DNA of 64,000 nt from an uncultured Desulfobulbaceae bacterium (GTDB lineage Bacteria > Desulfobacterota > Desulfobulbia > Desulfobulbales > CALZHT01). Below the pieces are notes generated by a model. That model was not told where the DNA came from and did not search any database. It worked only from the letters and a program-made list of their open reading frames with translations. Each line of letters starts with the position of its first letter. The stretch's first letter is position 1. The stretch is from NCBI GenBank assembly GCA_945787445.1, contig CALZHT010000013.1:54079-118078 (forward strand), written 5' to 3'. The position numbers were made by a program, and so were the translations under genes. Shown here in pieces: positions 27,003-35,792 of this stretch.

Positions 27003-27043
27003 GCCCATTCCGAGGATCGAAAGATTGCGGAATGGGCTTTTTT
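27003..27043 (+). terminator. intrinsic (bidirectional-looking) terminator
   Basis: GCCCATTCCG...CGGAATGGGC 10-bp stem, with an A run before and T6 after. Confidence 0.85.
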
Positions 27044-27050
27044 ATTGTCG

Positions 27051-27315
27051 CAGTTAAGGTTAATACCCCCCTGCCTTTCATGCAGGCAGCTATAGCTCGT
27101 ATTTGTTGTTTTCGTGCTCGTGCGCGTAATCGTAATCGATTTTCCTTGTATTCATAATCAAACACGTAATGCTTCCTTTTCGATTACGGTTACGGTTACG
27201 GTTACGATTACGATTACGAGCACGAGCACGATACAAACGGATCTATTTGAGCCGTACCGGACTTTCCAGTCCTTTTTATTCAAAACCCACCGTCTTTAGA
27301 CGGAGGTTGTTGAGT
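27051..27315 (+). repeat. family A structured element, copy A2
   Basis: Full-length copy with 6 CG(A/G)TTA units and 2 AGCACG units. Its last 36 nt overlap the 3' end of the ykgJ-like ORF. Confidence 0.9.
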
Positions 27316-27861
27316 AATGATGTCCCTGATGGAGATTCGTTGAACTGGTAAGTGCCCTATTTTTTGGCTAAATTTTTCGTTTAGAGTAGCAAGTATTGCA
27401 TTGAATTGGTCCATCAGGAGCAAGTCATCGATCCCAAATTCCGCATCTTCCGAAAAATTAACAGGGCAGGCAGAGACCTCGATCGTCTCGTTATTATTAT
27501 TTACATATCCAACAGGCAAGCCGTGGGTGCGGCAGATGAGGGGCCTTGCCTGATATACGCTGCAGAGGTTTTCGATCAGAAATGGGCAGGCTCTGTTTTT
27601 ATTTTTTGCCTGACTGTGAATTATTTGGATTACGTCATTGCTTAATGCGTTGAATGCCTCTTGCAAAATCTCTGCTTCCAAAGGCAAGACGCTCAGTTCC
27701 TTACAGCACTTGATACAGCCGGGCCTGCACTGAAGTATACCCTTATATTGCTTTTCCAGCTTGCGGATTTCATTGTTAACATCTTCCATAAGTTTTTTGT
27801 AGTCATTAAAACAAATCATCGCTGCATAGTAGCGCTGATCCGATAATTTTGGAATATCCAA
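27280..27861 (-). CDS. YkgJ-family cysteine-cluster protein
   Basis: CRPGCIKCCK and ACPFLIENLCSVYQARPLICRTHG motifs. The last 11 codons and the stop lie inside repeat A2. Confidence 0.75.
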   Translation of the reverse strand: MDIPKLSDQRYYAAMICFNDYKKLMEDVNNEIRKLEKQYKGILQCRPGCIKCCKELSVLPLEAEILQEAFNALSNDVIQIIHSQAKNKNRACPFLIENLCSVYQARPLICRTHGLPVGYVNNNNETIEVSACPVNFSEDAEFGIDDLLLMDQFNAILATLNEKFSQKIGHLPVQRISIRDIITQQPPSKDGGF

Positions 27862-28018
27862 AATAAAGACATATTGATCAGCCTGAAGAAGAGAAGCAGG
27901 ATGTGCTTTTCAGCAAGCCGCGGAAAGTTTCATTCTTAACATGGAATTCATTTCGGTTCAAATTATGTTTGACAATCCCTTTTCAAGCTTGCCAAGATTT
28001 TAGTGAGGTCAAAATATG

Positions 28019-28261
28019 TGGCAGCCGGCTTAAGCTCGTATTTGTTATATTCGTGCTCGTGCGCGTAATCGTAATCGATTTTCCTTGTATTCATAATCAA
28101 ACACGTAATGTTTCCTTTTCGATTACGATTACGATTACGATTACGATTACGATTACGATTGCGAGCACGAGCACGATACATACGGGCCTATTTGACCTGT
28201 ATCCGGACTTTCTAGTCCTTTTTATTCAAAACCCACTGTCTTTAGACGGAGGTTGTTGAGT
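28019..28261 (+). repeat. family A structured element, copy A3 (5' hairpin module missing)
   Basis: Aligns from GGCAGCCGGCTTAAGCTCGTATTTG to GGAGGTTGTTGAGT. It has 7 CGATTA units plus 2 AGCACG units. Confidence 0.9.
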
Positions 28262-28264
28262 TAT

Positions 28265-28897
28265 ATGGGAGTGTTGAAGGTAAGAGGCTTCCAAACTGCT
28301 AGGAGTTCAATTGGGTCCTTTTTCTCCATGGGACCCTTTGTCGCCGTAATTACCTTGATCATGGTTTTCATGGCAGGAACAGCGGCGGCAAATGAAGTAA
28401 TGGGGAAGGGAGGTGGCGCCATGGCATTTATTATTGTTTCGGATGTGTTTCGGCACAAAGGAGGGATACCAAGCGATTACACTTGTGACGGAAGGGATGT
28501 TTCTCCGCCCTTGGAATGGTCGGGAGCACCTATAGGCACAAAGAGCCTGGCTCTTATCGTGGATGATCCGGATGCCCCGGACCCGGCTGCACCGAAAATG
28601 ACCTGGGTGCACTGGGTGTTGTATAATATTCCGCCTGAGATAAACGGGTTGGCTGAAGACGTTGAACCCAGCCAGCTTCCGGATGGAATTAAGGAGGGGA
28701 CCAATAACTGGAACCGCACCCGATACGGCGGACCCTGCCCACCCATTGGCACCCATCGATATTTCCATAAACTCTATGCCCTGGACACTGTGCTGCCTGA
28801 CTTAAAAAAACCTTCCAAGGAGAAGCTTTTGCAGGCAATGGAGGGACATATTCTGGCCAAGGCGGAATTGATTGGTACCTACGATCGATCCCGTTAG
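28265..28897 (+). CDS. YbhB/YbcL family PEBP-like protein with N-terminal signal/TM segment
   Basis: YTCDGRDVSPPLEWSGAP, LIVDDPDAP and GPCPP.GTHRY.F.LYAL are typical of bacterial PEBP. The start is uncertain: TTG 28253, ATG 28265 or ATG 28328. Confidence 0.8.
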   Translation: MGVLKVRGFQTARSSIGSFFSMGPFVAVITLIMVFMAGTAAANEVMGKGGGAMAFIIVSDVFRHKGGIPSDYTCDGRDVSPPLEWSGAPIGTKSLALIVDDPDAPDPAAPKMTWVHWVLYNIPPEINGLAEDVEPSQLPDGIKEGTNNWNRTRYGGPCPPIGTHRYFHKLYALDTVLPDLKKPSKEKLLQAMEGHILAKAELIGTYDRSR

Positions 28898-28936
28898 TAT
28901 CAGGAATTCTGGTGTCGGGATTGATAGAGGTTTTAA

Positions 28937-29563
28937 TTGACAATGGCTGGCCTCCTTTCATTGGCAGCTTTGTGGATATTGTGGTGTATCATCCACAGCC
29001 TGCTCATTTCCCTTCCGGTTATCGCCTGGATGAAGCAGCGTCTTGGAAAGCGATTCGCCTTTTACCGTCTCTTTTATGTGATTACCAGTATTATCACCTT
29101 AATTCCTGTTGTCGCATATCAATACTCCCTTGAACAACAGATTTTTTTCACCTGGACCGGACCGTGGCGGCTGGTCCAGATGTTTTTGTTTATCTATGCA
29201 TTGATCCTCTTTGCCGGAGGGGCGGCAGTCTACGACCTTAAATATTTCATGGGCATCAGCCAGGCATTGGATTACTTGGCCCAAAAAGGTTCATTAGACA
29301 TTCATTTTGAAACCAAGGGAATGCTTCATTATGTACGGCACCCCTGGTATTCAGGCGGTATCGCTTTTGTCTGGGCCTTTGGCTCGGTAACAGACGTGAG
29401 CCTGGTGAGCAAGGGAGTTTTGACGGTGTATCTGATCTTGGGGACGATACTTGAGGAATGGAAACTTGTGAAAGAGATCGGCGCGCCGTACCGCAGGTAT
29501 CAGAGCAAAGTGCCCATGCTGATTCCAAGGTTTCGAAAAAATCCTGCAACGGGCAAAGATTGA
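28937..29563 (+). CDS. membrane methyltransferase, PEMT/ICMT-like family
   Basis: Multi-TM protein. The C-terminal motif RHPWYSGG...LEEWKLVKEIGAPYRRYQSKVPMLIP resembles the isoprenylcysteine/phospholipid methyltransferase family. Confidence 0.65.
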   Translation: MTMAGLLSLAALWILWCIIHSLLISLPVIAWMKQRLGKRFAFYRLFYVITSIITLIPVVAYQYSLEQQIFFTWTGPWRLVQMFLFIYALILFAGGAAVYDLKYFMGISQALDYLAQKGSLDIHFETKGMLHYVRHPWYSGGIAFVWAFGSVTDVSLVSKGVLTVYLILGTILEEWKLVKEIGAPYRRYQSKVPMLIPRFRKNPATGKD

Positions 29564-29571
29564 CCTAATAT

Positions 29572-29613
29572 GCAACCACGCTTCTCGCAAATTTTTGCGA
29601 GAAGCGTGGTTGC
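29572..29613. terminator. perfect 20-bp palindrome between convergent genes
   Basis: GCAACCACGCTTCTCGCAAA-TT-TTTGCGAGAAGCGTGGTTGC. There is no flanking U-tract, so the terminator role is uncertain. Confidence 0.45.
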
Positions 29614-29875
29614 TCCCTTTCCCTCCATTTTTTACCGGAGCCGTAGTCTGTGTCTTGTCACTGACTAAATATAGTATTACCTTTATCGCTCACCGCCTCA
29701 GTGAAGCATTTCACGAAAAAAAGGTATGGTTTTGATACTTTAAAAAATGACTTATTTACAAAAGGTTAGGGGAGAGGACACCTTCTTCTATGCAAAAGTA
29801 CAGATGTTTCTGACATAGCGCCTTCGCAAAATTACGATCTACAGCAATTTTTTGTTATCTTCAGGCGCAGAGCAC

Positions 29876-32236
29876 CTAAGGTTTTCCCGCTTTGTAGTAA
29901 TAACGGTTCAAATCAAATAATCCTGATTTGATTGGTTCATCATTGTTAAAACGCTCCTGAAACCAATCATATTCGTCCCAAAAGGTATCATCTGCTCTGT
30001 TCACTCCATACTTAGAGATTCGTTCAACATATGCGGGGCTTTTTTTAAAATGTGCCAGGAGATCAAAAAAATCGGGCAGATCTTTTTCATGTACATCAAA
30101 AAAGTAATTGGGATACGAACCGATAAAGCCCTCAATGAAATGAGCACAGTCCTTTGAAGAATCGAGAGTGTCATCCTCACCAATCAGAAAGGCCACATTG
30201 TCATGCCAACGATTGAGTACAATGGAAACCACATGGTTTTCTCCACTTGCAAGGCGTATCCTTATGTAGGCAAGATTGGCATTGTAATCATCCACAATAG
30301 AGAAAATCGAAGTACCCGGTTTAGAAAGGGCACGAAAACCTTGGAGGTAGTCGGCCTTGTTTTCATACTTCGCAGGGAGTGGCGGATGAGAAGCTCCTGC
30401 CTGGAAATAGTTTATTGGATCAAACGCTATATTTGTTGCAGGCAGAATATGTTTGTTAATAATATATTCTATAAACTCACGCTTTGGGTCATCAGAAGCA
30501 AAAGATATTTTTGCAGGCATGGTAGCGGGGTAGTAGTTAATTTTCTTTAAATCCTTGTCCTTGTACCACGATTGCATAATCTCCTGCCGTTTTGTCTGAG
30601 GCAGGAAATCCAGGAAATAGCTCTCGCTTTCCACCCGGAGGGCATCCATATAAAGACGGACAGACAGCTGGTGGGCAACATTGCCGTAAACATCAAAGCC
30701 GGCAACCAACGCATAATAGATGCGTTCGAACAAAGGGTAGTCAAGAACCCACATTGTTTTTGGCAGGTTGCCAAGCACCCCCTTATGCACGGAAGCGCTG
30801 TCAAAATGGCGATATACCGTCAACACCGGGGCATCCTTACCACTGTTTCCTTTCCAGATAGCTTCATAGCCAAGACCATTATAATTGTGGGACATGTAAT
30901 AGTCCTGCCGGTCTTTATAAAACGCAACAGCCGCCTTGTGATACTCATTACTGATAGCCTTAAAGATACGATAGTCGCTTCCCTTTTCGATGGGCATTCT
31001 CAGATTGTCACTGTGCAATTTCAAAAAAGCGGGGTACCTCAAGCTCAGGTCATGCACCGGATCCAAAAACATGATCCAGAAATGATCATCAATCACATTG
31101 AGGGCGATTTGACCTTTACAGACCGGGCCCCGGATAAAAGTCATTATAATATAGTGGGCATTATCCAGTAAAAACTGATAGCGCGAGCGCGGCGGAATCT
31201 GTTCAAATGCTTTAAAAGGATTGGCGCTCAGTTTCGGATCATAGCCTACCAGATGCGGGGACTCCATCCACTCCGGTTCTATAAAGAGATCCTTGAACCG
31301 TTGGAGTTTGGCATGGTCAAGGTCAAATACCATGTGGGTTTTATGGACGATAGTTGCGTGGATCTTTCTAAAACGATAGTAGAATCTTGCCACGCCAGGA
31401 TCATCGTAAGGGCGCACCGTGGCAATAAGGTCAATGGGTTCTCCCGGCCCGCTCCTTGAACGCACCAATTCATAATATTCATTGGTCTCCGTACCGAATT
31501 TCAGATGGGCCAGAAAAAGGTGCTCGTAAAGATAGCGGGCCGTCATGGCATGCTTGGCATCGTCTGTATTGAAAAATGCCTCCCATTGGCTGATTGCCAA
31601 AGCATCACTTTCAGCAGGTGATGTGAGAATTTTTTGCTGGTCAGGGTTCGGTCCTTGAGCTCCCTGGGCCAGCCAGCCGGCAATGATCTCAAACTCTTCT
31701 TTTTTGAGGGGTGGGAAGCCGAACGGCATGCCACGGTTCGGATGTTTTTTCAGGTACCCGCCAAGCTCTACCTGGTTTTCGGAACAGGTCAGATCTTCTG
31801 CCTCAGGGCGATATTCTCCAACACTTACCGGATTTTTCATTTTATGGGAAAGCAGTTGAATCATGAGAGAGTTATTTAACTCGCCTGACACAGTACTCTC
31901 TGTGACACTGAAAAAACCCTTTTGACGCCACTCCTGCGTAGACTGGGCATCTGTAAAGAGACGGGTGGGATCCATGGTCTTCAAACGTGAGGCATGATAG
32001 ACGGGTTTTTTGGTGCCACCGCGATCAAGGCCTTCAAAAGAGCTGAGTTTGAGCTGGCATGGTGAATTGTAACAGGAATGGCACACCACACAGCGTTTAT
32101 CCAAAATTGGTTTCACCTCGCCCAGGTAATCTATCGTTCTCGATGGGATCTGGACGGCCACAGGCGCCGGCGCTTTTGCTGCACATCCGGCAAGCCATAC
32201 AACCATTGCCAAAACAAATACTATCGTACTCCTCAT
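29876..32236 (-). CDS. cti: fatty acid cis/trans isomerase (Cti), heme c-binding
   Basis: 786 aa. Lipoprotein-like signal (WLAGC). CVVCHSCYNSPCQLKLSSFEGLDRG with the CXXCH motif, as in Pseudomonas Cti. Confidence 0.8.
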   Translation of the reverse strand: MRSTIVFVLAMVVWLAGCAAKAPAPVAVQIPSRTIDYLGEVKPILDKRCVVCHSCYNSPCQLKLSSFEGLDRGGTKKPVYHASRLKTMDPTRLFTDAQSTQEWRQKGFFSVTESTVSGELNNSLMIQLLSHKMKNPVSVGEYRPEAEDLTCSENQVELGGYLKKHPNRGMPFGFPPLKKEEFEIIAGWLAQGAQGPNPDQQKILTSPAESDALAISQWEAFFNTDDAKHAMTARYLYEHLFLAHLKFGTETNEYYELVRSRSGPGEPIDLIATVRPYDDPGVARFYYRFRKIHATIVHKTHMVFDLDHAKLQRFKDLFIEPEWMESPHLVGYDPKLSANPFKAFEQIPPRSRYQFLLDNAHYIIMTFIRGPVCKGQIALNVIDDHFWIMFLDPVHDLSLRYPAFLKLHSDNLRMPIEKGSDYRIFKAISNEYHKAAVAFYKDRQDYYMSHNYNGLGYEAIWKGNSGKDAPVLTVYRHFDSASVHKGVLGNLPKTMWVLDYPLFERIYYALVAGFDVYGNVAHQLSVRLYMDALRVESESYFLDFLPQTKRQEIMQSWYKDKDLKKINYYPATMPAKISFASDDPKREFIEYIINKHILPATNIAFDPINYFQAGASHPPLPAKYENKADYLQGFRALSKPGTSIFSIVDDYNANLAYIRIRLASGENHVVSIVLNRWHDNVAFLIGEDDTLDSSKDCAHFIEGFIGSYPNYFFDVHEKDLPDFFDLLAHFKKSPAYVERISKYGVNRADDTFWDEYDWFQERFNNDEPIKSGLFDLNRYYYKAGKP

Positions 32237-32290
32237 GGTATTTTTTCCTCTAATATTTTTAAGGTGCTTTCCCCTGGTTTTTATTCGTCT

Positions 32291-32524
32291 CAGGTAAGGG
32301 TAATACCCCTGCCTTTCAGGCAGGCAGCTTTAGCTCGTATTTGTTATATTCGTGTTCGTAATCGTAATCGATTTTCCTTGTATTCATAATCAAACACGTA
32401 ATGCTTCCTTTGCGATTAGGAGCACGAGCACGAGCACGATACAAACGGGTCTATTTGATCCGTATCCGGACTTTCAGTCCTTTTCATTTAAAAACCCACC
32501 GTCTTTTGACGGAGGTTGTTGAGT
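32291..32524 (+). repeat. family A structured element, copy A4
   Basis: Full alignment with A1-A3. It has 1 CGATTA unit and 3 AGCACG units. Confidence 0.9.
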
Positions 32525-32645
32525 GGGCCTGTCCGCCTTTGGTGGATCGCAGCCCCTCGAAAACAGGATTTCCGTTTTTCTCCAATAAGCCGGGTGATTG
32601 CACTTAGAGGCAGGTATAAATGCTCACTTCGTGTGTTCAAATGAA

Positions 32646-33098
32646 TTATTCATCTACAGCGATTGCTGCTTTTATGTAACGCTCGAGCTGATCATGCTGG
32701 TCAGGATAAAGGTTTCCAAATCTGATGCCGCGGCGCACCATATCATTTCCTGGAATGGCTTTTTCATAAACAATTTCGCAGGCAGGAATTGAAAGTATCT
32801 GCACCGAATTCTTGTTAAAATCCTCATCATCAAACAGGAGATCAATCTGGAAAGGTGTTCGAGGCCATTTTCCCGTGCTCACATGGAAAAAAGCCATTCC
32901 ACCTGCGGCAAGATCGAGAATCTGCGCGATCTTTGCAATAGAAAAATGGAGGACAGCAAACGCTCCGGGTTTGGCCGTGTACCGTGTGTCTTGTCTTTGT
33001 TCGGATATAGTGGGGCCTTGCAGTAACACGACCTGCTCCTTTAGCCAATAGTTTTTTTGAAAAACGAGATACAACTCCTTCCTTCTACAGCACATCAT
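32646..33098 (-). CDS. PilZ domain protein
   Basis: RQDTR (RxxxR) followed by DLAAGGMAF (D.S..G-like). Confidence 0.6.
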   Translation of the reverse strand: MMCCRRKELYLVFQKNYWLKEQVVLLQGPTISEQRQDTRYTAKPGAFAVLHFSIAKIAQILDLAAGGMAFFHVSTGKWPRTPFQIDLLFDDEDFNKNSVQILSIPACEIVYEKAIPGNDMVRRGIRFGNLYPDQHDQLERYIKAAIAVDE

Positions 33099-33141
33099 TT
33101 CTTTTTATAATTGTCAAACCCAAAAACTCAGATTTGATTAA

Positions 33142-33304
33142 CTCGTAAAAGTCACAGGATGGCTAAGCAGCTATGCGTAGACTGCGAAAAGTTCGATATA
33201 CAAGGAGTAGAGGCGTCGAGGGCGCGGAGGCATACATCAGGTATGTCGAGCACCTGAGAACCCGCTACAACGCAGTAGATCGGATTTTTTGCGACGCCAT
33301 CAAA
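33142..33304 (+). repeat. divergent relative of the family F shell element (H)
   Basis: 5' CTCGTAAAAGTCACAGGATGGCTAAGC compares with F CGCAAAAAGTCGGGAAAGCGGTTAACGC. 3' GATCGGATTTTTTGCGACGCCATCAAA compares with F AATCGTATTTTTTACGATTTCATCAAT. The internal segment is different. Confidence 0.5.
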
Positions 33305-33313
33305 TTTTCAAAA

Positions 33314-35410
33314 TTACAGCATTGCAGGATGTGCAGGTCTTTCAAAATGTTTTTTGATCTGTTCTATCAGCCGCACGCGTACAAGTATTGTGATCCTGTC
33401 GCCTTTCAAGAGTTTGGTGCCGCCATGGGGGATATACATGGTGCCGTCCTTGCGCACCAGGGACACCATATTGGCACCGTGGGGCAGCTGTAAATCAGAC
33501 ACCTTATTCCCGAGACAGGGGCTCGAGCTTGTCACCCTGAACTCGATGAACTCCATATCGCCCACTTTTCTGAGCACCATACGGTCCCGGACATGCTGGG
33601 TATGTTGTTTGCGGATGAGGCCCACTTCATAGGCCCGCAGGATATCACTTCTACTGATAAGTCCGATCATCTTCGGTGGGTTTTGCCGCGAGATTACCGG
33701 CAGCCTGGCCAGATCCCGCGGCGCCATTTTCTGGATGGCGGACCACACAGGTTCATCAAAAAATACGGTGACAGGATCTGTGGTGGCAACATCGCGTACC
33801 TTGAGGTCGCGGATTTGCTTATCTTCGTGTTTTGCCAGCCACCGTTCCATATCCTGGAGGGTTATTATGCCGAAAACCTCCCAATCCCTTGTAATTACTG
33901 GAAAACCATTGAGGTGGGTATCTTGAAATATGGCAAAAAGGTCGGCGGCTTTCTGATCTTCATATATGGTGATGGGTGAATCATTCATGACTTCTTCAAC
34001 AAGCACCCCCTGCATGACATCCATATCACGGCCTTGTTCCAAGCGGATACCGCGCTTGGTGAGCTTTAAAGTATAGATAGACTCGGGATACAGCCATTGG
34101 GCGAAGGAAGAGGCAACCATGCCTGCTGCCATGAGCGGCAGGATCAAATGATAGTCGTTGCTCATTTCAAAAACAATGAGGATGGATGTAAAGGGGGCGC
34201 GCGCTGCTGCCGCGAACACTGCGGCCATGCCTACCAGGGCATAGGCCCCCACTTCTCCGGTGATTTCCGGAAACAAGGCTTTTGCTACATACCCGAAAGC
34301 ACCACCGAGCATGGCACCGGTGAAAAGGGATGGCGCAAAGACACCGCCGGAATTCCCTGATCCGAGGGTGAACGATGTTGCCAAAGGTTTCAGGAAGACA
34401 AGCATGGCCAGGAGAAAGAGAGATTCCTTGCCTTGCAGTACTTCTTCAATAAAGGTGAAACCGGAACCGTATACATGGGGGATGTTTTCAACCAGGGGCA
34501 TGCCCAGCCGATACTCTTCCGGAGTAAAGGTGAGAAATCCGGAAAGGCGGAGATAGGTGTAGCCCAGCAAACCGAGAAGAAATGCACCTACAGCGGGCTT
34601 TAATGTTTCCGGAAATTTCCAGTCGTCAAATATATTTTCAAATGCGTTGAGCATGCGGATGAACATGATGCCGACCAGTGCGGCAAGCAGCCCGAGAACC
34701 ACGTACAGGAGGATTTCCCAAGGTGATTGCATCATGTATTTGGGGACCAGGAAGGCAGGGCGCGCACCGAGAAAGATTTGGCTGATAATACTGGCCGAAA
34801 CCGCGGAAATCAGGACATTGCCGAATTTGCTGACCTGGAATTCGGTCATTAATACTTCAGAGGCAAAGGCCACCCCGGCAATAGGAGCATTGAAGGTAGC
34901 TGCGATGCCCGCCGCCGCCCCGCAGGCCACCAGGTTTTTGATGCGCTCGTTGGAGAGCTGCAGCAATTGCCCGGCCGAGGAGCCCAAGGCGGAACCAACC
35001 TGGATAATGGGACCTTCGCGTCCGGCTGAGCCGCCGGTGCCGATGCATAAAGCAGAGGCGATGATTTTGGCGATGGCGACCCTGGCCCGGATGCGGCCGC
35101 CCCGTAATATCAGGGCCTGCATGACTTCCGGCACCCCGTGCCCTTTTGCTTCCCTGGCCCAATGGGCGATGATGGGTCCGACGATTAGGGCGCCCAGGAC
35201 CGGGACAAACACGAAGGCCAGAGTGCCGAGAAAGGGGAACAACCGTTCTGCCTGGCCATATACGGAAATTTGAATAAAGGCAATAAGTCGGATGAAAAAG
35301 ACCGCAGCAAGGCCGGTGCCTCCGCCAACCAGAATAGAGGTGACCACCAAAACAAATCCCTCTCTGGGAGACAGTTTGTCGACAAGTTTTCTAATATATT
35401 GCTGTGCCAT
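33314..35410 (-). CDS. ClC-family chloride channel with CBS pair and TrkA-C-like C-terminus
   Basis: GHGVPEV, GGSAGREGP and GVFAPSL motifs. The C-terminus has CBS-like repeats and an RCK_C-like end. Confidence 0.88.
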   Translation of the reverse strand: MAQQYIRKLVDKLSPREGFVLVVTSILVGGGTGLAAVFFIRLIAFIQISVYGQAERLFPFLGTLAFVFVPVLGALIVGPIIAHWAREAKGHGVPEVMQALILRGGRIRARVAIAKIIASALCIGTGGSAGREGPIIQVGSALGSSAGQLLQLSNERIKNLVACGAAAGIAATFNAPIAGVAFASEVLMTEFQVSKFGNVLISAVSASIISQIFLGARPAFLVPKYMMQSPWEILLYVVLGLLAALVGIMFIRMLNAFENIFDDWKFPETLKPAVGAFLLGLLGYTYLRLSGFLTFTPEEYRLGMPLVENIPHVYGSGFTFIEEVLQGKESLFLLAMLVFLKPLATSFTLGSGNSGGVFAPSLFTGAMLGGAFGYVAKALFPEITGEVGAYALVGMAAVFAAAARAPFTSILIVFEMSNDYHLILPLMAAGMVASSFAQWLYPESIYTLKLTKRGIRLEQGRDMDVMQGVLVEEVMNDSPITIYEDQKAADLFAIFQDTHLNGFPVITRDWEVFGIITLQDMERWLAKHEDKQIRDLKVRDVATTDPVTVFFDEPVWSAIQKMAPRDLARLPVISRQNPPKMIGLISRSDILRAYEVGLIRKQHTQHVRDRMVLRKVGDMEFIEFRVTSSSPCLGNKVSDLQLPHGANMVSLVRKDGTMYIPHGGTKLLKGDRITILVRVRLIEQIKKHFERPAHPAML

Positions 35411-35623
35411 TCCCTCTCAACATGTTTAAGGAATTTTTTCAGCTACTCCTGAAGTCATTGACCCTAATACCTTTACAATTAAAAGGTATTTGGGATATGT
35501 TCAACAATTAATAAAAAAACTTTGCGTGCTTTGCACCCTTATGGGCATAAACGACTTTGCGTGAGAAAAGTGGTCTTCGCGATTTTATCAAGATTTGTTG
35601 AGGCATAGTAAAAAGTAACAAAA

Positions 35624-35673
35624 GCAGAAGGCAGAAGGCACAAAGGCAGAAGGCAGAAGGCAGAAGGCAGAAG
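35624..35673 (+). repeat. heptamer array GCAGAAG x7 (family C, copy C1)
   Basis: Read directly. One variant unit is GCACAAA. Confidence 0.9.
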
Positions 35674-35792
35674 TAAAAAGGCAGACGGCGCATATTAAGC
35701 GGGGCTGCGGGGTAGACCAATAATCTGTGAGTGTCCGCCAATATCCATCTGCCGGGCTTCTTAAGGCCTCACCAAGGCTCAAGGCGGAAAGA

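Noticed and set aside
27051-27315. Family A copies as integron attC sites (each copy ends in GTTGAGT or GTTGGGT, matching the GTTRRRY core)
   Set aside because: There is no matching inverse core (RYYYAAC) at the 5' end and no integrase. Flanking genes are on both strands rather than in a co-oriented cassette array.
27169-27351. Small ORFs starting MLPF(RL)n inside family A (also 25329-25535, 32401-32607, and an unlisted one in A3)
   Set aside because: There is no Shine-Dalgarno sequence before the ATG. The A3 version is cut short by a TAG created by a 1-nt indel. The apparent protein conservation simply mirrors nucleotide identity of the repeat, and the hexamer units trivially keep the frame. 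The antisense ORF 27963-28181 and ORFs 27114-27299 and 27903-28259 are rejected for the same reason.
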